Source of the DNA: an uncultured Nitrososphaeraceae archaeon
GTDB lineage: Archaea > Thermoproteota > Nitrososphaeria > Nitrososphaerales > Nitrososphaeraceae
Assembly (NCBI GenBank): GCA_963837175.1
Contig: CAWIMJ010000029.1
Span: 1-29,023 of the forward strand
Direction: 5' to 3'
DNA: 29,023 nt
Part shown: positions 20,682 through 29,023 of the stretch, piece by piece
How positions within the stretch are numbered: the first letter of the stretch is position 1
How the letters are laid out: the number at the start of each line of letters is the position of its first letter
Notes under the pieces: generated by a model
Told to the model about the DNA's origin: nothing
Seen by the model: only the letters and a program-made list of their open reading frames with translations
Databases searched by the model: none
Position numbers and translations under genes: made by a program

Positions 20682-21533
20682 TTAGATGTATACATTGGCT
20701 TTAGTTAAATTCGTTAATGCTGTTAATACATTAGGTAGTGGTTGAATGCTACTCCAAACAATGAGAGTATGATTACCAGTCTTATTATCAGGCCAGTATT
20801 TACCAGGACAATCTGAACATGATGCGTAAGTAAAGTTATGTGTAGATTCTATCTTTAATCCGTTCCTTGGGAATTCCTGCATATAGTAAGCCAAATTACC
20901 TGGATGTGTACCGCCGTCATTATCATAAGGATTAGATGTCTGTTTAGTAGGAGTATAGAATGTTCCAACTACGAGAGAAGAAGGTTTAGCAGCTTCAGAA
21001 GTTACCTGAAGAGAACCTACAGCCCAAGGAGAATCAGCAACAGTTATCTTATGAATTCCTGGGGCTAGACGAAATTCTTGTGTGTTTGTAGCATAGTCTA
21101 AATTAGTACTGTTCTGAGTTCCTACAATAAATGTATGAGGATGTGGTATATCCCAAGGAGCGTCAGCGTTGTGTATTACTACACCAGTACCATTAGAAAC
21201 AATTGTATTCTTTGGTACAAAATACGGATTTCTATCTGAAATAAGCTTGTGTTTCCCTGTCTTTATATCTTCATGTAGTTCGTTTGCAGCGTATATTATG
21301 ACTGTCTTTACTGTAGCAGGGACCTTCATAGTCTCTGTGCGATATATAGAAGATGCAGAAGGTAGTAGTGGTGGTCCTGTAGTAGCTGAAGGGTTTGAAG
21401 GAAGAGTATTAACAACTGGAATTGACTGCCAAGAAGTTATATTAGATGCTAATCCTGCTTCTTGTGCTGCAAGAATAATCAGGCCAGCTAATGACAATGC
21501 AATAGCGATAATTATGATAATTCTTTTGTTCAT
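20682..21533 (-). CDS. Secreted/anchored hypothetical protein with possible cupredoxin-like domain
   Basis: Likely start at MNKRIIII (ATG 21533) rather than 21683. FVPKNTIVSNGTGVVIHNAD...HPHT...LAPGIH...PWAVGSLQV, followed by a CxxC-containing C-terminal domain. Confidence 0.65.
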   Translation of the reverse strand: MNKRIIIIIAIALSLAGLIILAAQEAGLASNITSWQSIPVVNTLPSNPSATTGPPLLPSASSIYRTETMKVPATVKTVIIYAANELHEDIKTGKHKLISDRNPYFVPKNTIVSNGTGVVIHNADAPWDIPHPHTFIVGTQNSTNLDYATNTQEFRLAPGIHKITVADSPWAVGSLQVTSEAAKPSSLVVGTFYTPTKQTSNPYDNDGGTHPGNLAYYMQEFPRNGLKIESTHNFTYASCSDCPGKYWPDNKTGNHTLIVWSSIQPLPNVLTALTNLTKANVYI

Positions 21534-21807
21534 TATTGTAATACTATGATTCATTTGATTATTATCTATTAGAGGCATGCTACTAAATACACAAGTTAAT
21601 TTATTTCTGAATATTATACAGAGAAGACAGAAGAGGATGAAAAACAACCTAAATAATGCCGTCAAAGCTTTCACACTTACCAATATTACAACAATTCCAA
21701 ATTCTGTTAATTGTGGATTGGTGAAGAGGGATATCTTCTAGTACAAGAACATTGTTCTTTACCACGTTAAGGTAATATATGAGTTAAGCTATATATAACA
21801 TAAAGAT

Positions 21808-22227
21808 ATGCAGCTGAGAAATTCAACTTCAGGATTAAGAGTTATTGTATTATCCATTATTGTATTAATAACCGGAATATCTTTTATTCCCACATTACAA
21901 ATTGGAGTCCAAGGTCAACTGCAACAGCAAGATTCAGCCACTCCTGTTATATCACCTACTCCTACTACACCACCAACTAGTACTGCTACTACTGATTCTA
22001 CTACACCATCACGACCCAATCTAAATGATGATCCACAACAAATACTAACTGGTACTACCGCTAATACTGTGCAATTTACCCAATCTCCTCTTACTGTGCA
22101 ATTTCCCCAATTTCCCCAATCTCCTCTTACTGTGCAATTTCCCCAATTTCCCCAATCTCCCCAATCTCCTCTTACTGTGCAATTTCCACCAGGAGTAGTG
22201 TTACCGCTAAATCATCCTCCTCAATAA
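21808..22227 (+). CDS. Secreted P/T/Q-rich low-complexity protein
   Basis: Signal peptide, a Thr/Pro-rich linker and TVQFPQ(F/S)P repeats. Confidence 0.65.
   Translation: MQLRNSTSGLRVIVLSIIVLITGISFIPTLQIGVQGQLQQQDSATPVISPTPTTPPTSTATTDSTTPSRPNLNDDPQQILTGTTANTVQFTQSPLTVQFPQFPQSPLTVQFPQFPQSPQSPLTVQFPPGVVLPLNHPPQ
22066..22187 (+). repeat. Nested coding tandem repeat (27, 36, 45 nt units)
   Basis: ACTGTGCAATTT starts at 22066, 22093, 22129 and 22174. Confidence 0.92.
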
Positions 22228-22384
22228 TGTCTTCTTTTGGAAATAAACTCATCTAATAATTATCAACCTCTTTTCTATTACTAGTAAGAATGAAAGCACC
22301 ACCAGTCAGACAGGGAGGTTTATTTATCTTCTTGAGGGGCCTAAATTATTATTGATGCGATTTTATACAATGACAAAGTATGTT

Positions 22385-22434
22385 CTGGGCCTATTTATCG
22401 TGTCAAATTTGCTTCACATCCCGACAGGCCCGCT
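22385..22434 (+). repeat. Dispersed repeat copy ending in a tRNA-3'-end-like sequence (putative att remnant)
   Basis: GTGTCAAATTTGC TTCACAT CCCGA CAGGCCC GC; CCGACAGGCCCGCT matches 15618-15631 at 13/14 positions. Confidence 0.6.
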
Positions 22435-22483
22435 CCATTATTAGTTCTTTTATGTGGGTCCTACTAAAAGGTGTAAACAAAGA

Positions 22484-22885
22484 GTGAAAGTAGAACAGTT
22501 AGAATCAGGCCCAAATCCTTGCACACTGTATCTTTATGCCTTGAGATGGCCAGTTACAAGAGATAAGTATCAGAAAAGACGTGGCAATTTCTTTGACTTT
22601 CTTAAATTGGAAGATAGTACAATATAAGATAAAAGTAGAGTCTTTATTGAAATGGCAAGAAAAGATATCAATTGGACTTTTAGCAATATCTTAAGGTTTA
22701 TTCAATTTCAATAAAGTAGGGTAATCCAAAAGGAAATAAGTGGAGCAACTGTGAGAAATTATGTAAAGAGCATTAAACTATTTTGCGATATGGCTGATTT
22801 ACCTGTTGCATGGAAGAAGATTACTCGTGGACTTCCGAGAGGGAGGCGATATGCCGATGATAGAATATCGACACTTGAAGAATTA
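22484..22885 (+). pseudogene. N-terminal remnant of a second tyrosine integrase-like gene
   Basis: GTG 22484...YLYALRWPVTRDKYQKR...I*DK...FIQFQ*SRV..KEISGATVRNYVKSIKLFCDMAD...WKKITRGLPRGRRYADDRISTLEEL; two stops and no catalytic domain. Confidence 0.7.
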
Positions 22886-23406
22886 GAGCAGAGTACGGCT
22901 CGCATATCCGAGCTGGTAGGTGCTATCAAGACTTACTCTTATATGCATAAAGCACGCATTCAGAATGTTGATGTGCATGAAGGTAATGAAAGTACTTTAA
23001 CTATTCTTCATCACAAAATAAAAAACGGGATAGAAATTATCCGTGAATATGATCCTCTTTTACCTCAGATCACTGTCTATGGAAGTGAACTCAATCAAGT
23101 GTGGACTAATTTAATTGATAATGCTGATGATGCAATGAATGGCAGAGGTAAAATATGGATTAGAATAAAACAGGACTTACAATCATGTAATAATAGAAAA
23201 TGCCTATGATGGTCCTGGCATTCTACTGCTGAGATACAACCACAAATTTTTGAACCATTCTTTACTACAAAAAGATAGGTAAAGGAGGACTAAATTTGAA
23301 CGTCAGTTACCGTATTGTAGTATAAGATCATAAAGGAAACATCAGTTTCTCTTCCAAACCGGGAGATACTTGCTTTCAAGTTCGAATACCTATACATTTT
23401 TCATGA
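22886..23406 (+). pseudogene. Histidine kinase C-terminal (HATPase_c) remnant
   Basis: RISELVGAIKTYSY...VDVHEG...GSELNQVWTNLIDNA (N box), then frameshifted DGPGI (G1), IFEPFFTTK (F), GKGGL (G2) and HKGNISFSSKPGDTCFQVRIP. Confidence 0.85.
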
Positions 23407-23455
23407 TTCGAGAATCTTAAAGCACATAAGACAATGTTATAACTGAATAATTAAA

Positions 23456-24602
23456 TTGAGTAACGTAGAAAAAGAACGTCATGCTACATGGTTGGAGCTT
23501 TTTTATGACCTAATCTTTGCCGGTTGCTGTTTCTCAGATAGGCCTCAGTCTGGATACTAGTAATACTTCTATTACAGCATTCCTTGGAACGATATCACTG
23601 TTTTTTCCTGTTGTGTGGGCATGGTTGGGTGTTACATTTTATGCAACCAGATTTGAGACTGATGATTTAGTACATCGTCTACTGGTACTTTTACAGATGG
23701 TTGGAGCAGCAGCTCTTACTATTAACATACATGGCGCCTCAGGTGAGACATCAGGTAATTTTGCAATTTCATACGCTGCAATCAGGGCTTTTCTCGTAAT
23801 CGAATACATACGTGCAGGACGTAAAATACCAACTGCTCGTACACTTGCAAATAGATATGCACAAGGGTTTTCAATATCTACTATATTATGGCTAATCTCA
23901 GCGGCTGTTCCTATACCTATACGTTTTGTTCTCTGGGTATTAGCACTTGCCATAGATGTTTCAACTACAATCTTAGTTGGACGAAAGCACCTACGTTTAG
24001 CTCCAAATATTTTTCATTTACCTGAGCGAATGGGATTATTCACTTTAATTGTACTTGGAGAAACCATATTTGGTCTTATTAGTAGTCTATCAGGCCATAA
24101 ATGGACTATAGAATCTACAATATCAATAGGAGCTGGATTGGGAATAGCTTTTAGCCTTTGGTGGATATATTTTGATAGAGTTGATGGCTCTCCAATTCGT
24201 GCCTTTCGTGAAAAAGGTAGGATTGGAGTTTATACAACGTGGTTATATATTCACTTTCCCCTAGTTGTAGGCCTTGTGACTACCGCAATAGGTATAAGAG
24301 ATATAGTTTCATCTGCTGAAAATATACCTTTATCTTATACAACTCAATGGTTAATCTGCGGTTCCGTTTCGCTATGTTTATTCTCAATTGGTATTATCCA
24401 TCTTTCTATAGCTAGTGCAGCAGGTGAAAGGAAAGTAATGATATTGTATTTTTATAGATTTATAGCCGGACTTGCAATTATAACTATTCCCGTATTTACA
24501 ATTAGGATTTTACCATCGGTACTAATCATGATTATAACTATAATTTGCATGATGCAGATAATACTTGATTTAAGACATCATCCTCACCATCGCATTTTCT
24601 GA
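23456..24602 (+). pseudogene. ltrA: Low temperature requirement protein A family membrane protein, frameshift near 23520
   Basis: TTG 23456 gives ERHATWLELFYDLIFA, out of frame with VAVSQ...; the ERMGLFTLIVLGE and LWWIYFD motifs follow. Confidence 0.85.
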
Positions 24603-24879
24603 AATGCTACTCTAAAGACTAAAGCCAAAATCAGTTTTTACCAATAGCTATTTTTGATTTCTGGCTCAAAATCTCTCACTATGTTGATGGTAAGGAAAGT
24701 AGATAATATCTACATTATTTTCTTACTCTACTTTAGGTTGAACTTTGGGTTTAAGCTCCTCATACCTACTTACTCTAGAAATAAGATCCAGTTTCTCATA
24801 TTGTTAAATCAATCAAAATTACTACCTGTATGTATCTTTCACTTCATGTACTAGTTTGACCTAAGGCAGGTGTTCATTT

Positions 24880-25128
24880 CTAGCTAGGAGTCTTGTTATA
24901 TGAATCACATCCATTACACTGGAATATGATATCCTGGATAACTACGTTGTCTCCCAGATTATTTGCAAGTATATGGCCACAATTACCACACAAAAGTCTT
25001 CTATTCTCATCTCTTTCTTCCCCGTCTCCAACAAGATAAGGTTGGTCCCCTAGATGTTCAGACTTTTCGTATACGGTAACGGTACCAGATTCAGGCTTGG
25101 GAACAACTTCTAATCTTATTTCTCTCAT
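24880..25128 (-). CDS. Small zinc-ribbon protein (CxxC...CxxC)
   Basis: LLCGNCGHILA...FQCNGCDSYN; likely start at MREIRL. Confidence 0.7.
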   Translation of the reverse strand: MREIRLEVVPKPESGTVTVYEKSEHLGDQPYLVGDGEERDENRRLLCGNCGHILANNLGDNVVIQDIIFQCNGCDSYNKTPS

Positions 25129-26316
25129 AAATATCAATATTATAGCTTGAATTTACAGGTTTTGATTTGTCCATCAACCGAAATGCTGGATTCAAGATAA
25201 TCAGCTAGATTACCAGTAGATCTTATTTTTAAGCATATAATTTATATTAAAACTTCGAATAGATATGGTTCACTTCCCGAAGCTGATTTTGCAAGGCGTT
25301 CCATTTTCTTGCAACTACTGATCAATTTTTTATGGGCAAAATTAGCTTTATGATTATATGATTTGAATCATAAGGAACTAATCTTATTAATTATCTTACT
25401 AATATCCTAATATGGTATATTTATTACTTCATGGATAAAGCCATGGTCTCAAAAGTCGACTCAAAACAGGTATTACAAAATTAGAGAGCAAAACTGCCCG
25501 AATTGCAATAAAAATGATGCAATTAGCTAGGAGTGATAATTGCCGCATACTACTTCTAGTTTCAATTCCAAACAAATTCACAATGTGAAACAAGTGGCTT
25601 TGCACGCTGTGTGAAGTCTGGTGCAATAACATTCAGATCGGGAGGAAGCGGGTGATCATTGAGTAGCTGATGATTAACAATACTTCATTATATGATTATA
25701 TGTAAAAGGCATAATAACCAAAATTCCTCAGTTTTATTTCTTTCTGTGAACATTAGATATCGCAATTATATTTATATGAAGCAGGATAAGAATTATAATA
25801 CTTTTCAGATAACCAATTCTATTTTCAATTGTTAAAAGTTGAAGAATGTCTAATGAAAATGTAACCTTCTAAGTATGACAATATTGAGTATATACAACAA
25901 AATCCTCATTTGGATTTACTCTCTCTTGTCATCCTTTCCTAAATCCATAGTAAGTCCTATTGCGGACATATTACCAGCTAAAGGTACCAAAGTTCGTCTT
26001 TGCTAATGATCTCTCACAGCAGCATGGCTACAATCGACACTACTATTACCACCATTAATTCCTGGAACTTGCATAATAACTACATTTGAAAACATTGTAT
26101 AGCATCTTTCTGATATCAGCTGAGGTTTATTACAGTTAATGATAGCTATCTGATGAATGAGTAGGTACGCTAATTCAACTAAAGATAGCCAATCATTCCA
26201 GTTAGTATTTTAATCACTTTCTATAAGGAAATATGCTTTTACTACCATCTATTTTTGGAATGGTGGATACTTTTCAATCATAAAGCTCTTGCTCACATAA
26301 AAGAAGATGAGTTTTA

Positions 26317-26886
26317 TCACTTTGTTATTGCAAATGAATCAATCATCCTCTGTACAATCTGCAAATCGTTTTCGTAGTCTTCTTCTTTTGCAACGTATGT
26401 AATGATATATGCTTTGTCGTCTTTTATTGTCCAAACTTGCATTGTCTTTAGTCCTGCTATATTAGTAAATACTATTTTATACCCGGGAAGATCTGCAAGC
26501 GTAGTGCTATTTGATTCAAGGAGAATTTCTTCTGTGGGATTGATTTGAGTATTTGTATATTCTTCCAATGTCATGTTATGGAAAGGTAAATTCTTCACTT
26601 GTATCTTGAGGTTCTTTGCTAGTGACGTGTCGCTAAGAGGATAGAAATCAATATCAGCAGAATCTTGGAGAAAAGAGAGATCTAATCTTCCCCAACCAGA
26701 AGGATATTGGATCTGTATCCCATAAGTCGGATTTTCGTATAGGTTGAAAGTATTATTATCATTTGTTTGTGCTATTGTTATTGTTTGTTGATTTGTAAGT
26801 GAAGTTGATAATAATGAAGTTATCATGATTATTAGCAAACTAAATAGAAGAACTTTCTTCCCACAAGAGTTACAAAGTTTGATCAT
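26317..26886 (-). CDS. Secreted PsbP-related protein
   Basis: N-terminal TM segment; YENPTYGIQIQYPSGW...TTLADLPGYKIVF...KAYIITY...MIDSFAI. Confidence 0.85.
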   Translation of the reverse strand: MIKLCNSCGKKVLLFSLLIIMITSLLSTSLTNQQTITIAQTNDNNTFNLYENPTYGIQIQYPSGWGRLDLSFLQDSADIDFYPLSDTSLAKNLKIQVKNLPFHNMTLEEYTNTQINPTEEILLESNSTTLADLPGYKIVFTNIAGLKTMQVWTIKDDKAYIITYVAKEEDYENDLQIVQRMIDSFAITK

Positions 26887-27358
26887 TATGTTATTTTATA
26901 AACTGTATCTTCCTATAAAGCTCGTGTTAATCTATTGTCCACCTATATTATTATATATTAAGTGACAACAATTTATTTAGAACTCATGAAACATGACTTT
27001 TGACTATACACACATGCTCAGCGTCGGTCTGGAATTGGCTACACATTAGCTCTAATCGCAGTAGCAGCATAATTATAACAATCTTTTAGCATATTTCTAA
27101 ATAATTCTCAATATTCTTCTTTTGAAGATAGGCTGATTATAAAACTTGCTCATATTCAATTTCTTCTTTGATAAGAAGCTCTTGATTTGGAAATAGACCA
27201 CTCAAATAATCACTTACAACTACTTATTACTACTTTTCAGAATCGAAGCACCAATCAAACAGGAGGAATGATCTCCTAAACGGCTAAACTATTAATTCCT
27301 AATATATGAAGGGTGTTTGTTAATTATAGGTTTCACACAAAGGAATGAGTATTATTTT

Positions 27359-27399
27359 CTAGGCCAAAAATCTGTGTCAAATTTTATTCAAATCCAATC
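27359..27399 (+). repeat. Dispersed intergenic repeat copy
   Basis: CTAGGCCAAAAATCTGTGTCAAATTTTATTCAAATCCAATC matches 22385-22425 at 27/41 ungapped positions and contains TTCAAATCC. Confidence 0.55.
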
Positions 27400-27849
27400 T
27401 ATCCTATTAAATGTACAATTGCATCTCCATCTACATCTGAATGCTAGACAGATACATACACAAGGTAGAGAATAACGAGGAACTTTCTTACATTGCTATC
27501 AAAGCTTTCACACCAATATCGCAATAACTCCCGATTCTTTTAATAATGGTTTGGTGAAAGAGAATTATCATATATGAAATATATTAAATATAATATATAA
27601 TTCAAAACAAATTCACCATCAATATTTATTACATATACAATACCATTACTACTTAATATTCTGCATTCAAATACCATGCATTGGTAACAATTGAAAAGTG
27701 ATGATAACGGAGGCAATAGAACTGTAGCAATGATAACAGTATTGGTAACAAGCTGTAACAGATTAAGCTTCTATTAAGTATAATTAGACCTAGTAATAAA
27801 ATAAGATGACAATACTAACAACACTATAAAGGACTGTTAGAAGTTTAGT

Positions 27850-28418
27850 TTAATATGGAGTACCCTTTCCTCTTTGGTTTTTGAAGGCTTCAATATACCA
27901 TTCGAATTCATTAAGAAATCGTATGACTCTTTTGTCATACGTTGCATCCATTAATTTTCCATACTCATGAAAAGCATCTTGTACCCTTGATATTGGAAAT
28001 GATGAAGATATAGATGGTGCTCCAAGCTCTGCGAATATATGACGGAGATGTTGTGCTGCATTTATGCCACCAAAACCTCCGGGCGAATAGAAGACGATAG
28101 CAGAAGGTTAAAATAATATTCCTCTAAAAAATAATCTAGCGTATTTTTCATTGCAGCTGATGTACTATGGTTGTATTCTGGACTCACAGAAAGGTAGCCT
28201 TCTGCATCCTTATTATGTTCCTAAGGTCTATTAACTTCTCTGAAGGGTTTACCATCTCTTTCTACATCCTATCGAGTAAAGACAAGTTAAGTTCTAGAGG
28301 ATCAATAAAAAATACTACATGGTTACGATCTTTCAATTTTGTCTTCCATCCAGCGGGCAACTTTGATACCTTGCCGGTCTCGCCTAACTGATCCAACTAT
28401 TAAAGCAATTTCAGCCAT
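27850..28418 (-). pseudogene. NADPH-dependent FMN reductase (flavodoxin-like), multiple lesions
   Basis: MAEIALIVGSVRRDRQG...SPEYNHS.SAAMKNTLDY...YSPGGFGGINAAQHLR...GTPY*; about three frameshifts and a TAG. Confidence 0.88.
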
Positions 28419-28638
28419 TATTGTTTCTATTCTTGTTATTCTTGTTCTTCTATTAATATTCTATATATCTCTCCAAAATCAAACAAGTATCTCATTTATG
28501 CATTGAAGTTTTAGTCACATTTTTCCTAGGTATTAAATAAGATAATGCACATAAAAATCCTAGATGAACAATGATATCCTCATATAAATATGGCAGATCA
28601 GCCGTTTTCTTTTTAACCTATTAAGTTATCGTTAATAC

Positions 28639-28767
28639 ATGATAGAAGAAAGAGATAAGGATCTAAATAACATTGTATGTGAATACTGCGGTAAAGAGTT
28701 TGATAATAGCGAGACATTCAGGATACATATAGAGCAGGTGCACACTAGTAGCGACTCGTTTCACTAA
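28639..28767 (+). CDS. 42-aa C2H2 zinc-finger microprotein
   Basis: MIEERDKDLNNIVCEYCGKEFDNSETFRIHIEQVHTSSDSFH* has C-x2-C-x3-F-x8-H-x4-H spacing. Confidence 0.75.
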   Translation: MIEERDKDLNNIVCEYCGKEFDNSETFRIHIEQVHTSSDSFH

Positions 28768-29023
28768 AAAATATTACTGATATATATATGAATTATAAGA
28801 TGATTGTTAATCTTTACTGAATGGTTAGCTTATGGCGGTGAAACTTAGATGGCTTTAAGTGAATATTTTCCAATTTTCCTTGCAGAATTTTCCACATTGA
28901 TTTTGTATAGTTGATGCTCTTGCTATAGATAGAATATAATATAATATCTCTTATTCTAACATTATACTCGAAAGAGTATTATAGCATAGGAAAGACTACG
29001 CCAATGCTAGAGTAGATGCCTAA

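Noticed and set aside
25430-25640. Possible Zn-finger remnant (NCPNCN...WLCTLC) on the + strand
   Set aside because: Several stops and frame changes prevent a reliable reconstruction.
3408-27399. CRISPR array
   Set aside because: The repeats are kilobases apart and degenerate, with no regular spacers and no cas genes.

Overview
AT-rich, low-coding-density window whose gene families point to a soil ammonia-oxidising archaeon (Nitrososphaeraceae-like); this is inferred from protein style, with no marker gene present. It is an accessory region in decay. About 14 recognisable genes carry stops or frameshifts, including a nuclease/DUF5655-like gene, an alpha/beta hydrolase, a DUF1059-like gene, one PQQ/GSDH dehydrogenase, a GT39-RTX fusion, two tyrosine-integrase remnants, TPR, HTH-coiled-coil, IS5, ltrA and an FMN reductase. 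Apparently intact genes include a metallophosphoesterase, a polysaccharide-deacetylase-like protein, Lrp/AsnC, a second PQQ/GSDH dehydrogenase, a PsbP-like protein and small Zn-finger proteins. The most unusual signal is a tRNA-Thr(GGT)-like gene split in the anticodon arm by a 425-nt insert that carries an ORF, is bounded by GACTT direct repeats, and is cut off exactly at the T-loop next to an integrase remnant. A ~40-bp intergenic repeat is also scattered through the window (about 6 copies); its right half resembles a tRNA 3' end, and a near-identical piece precedes both integrase remnants. All calls come from manual reading; no searches were run.
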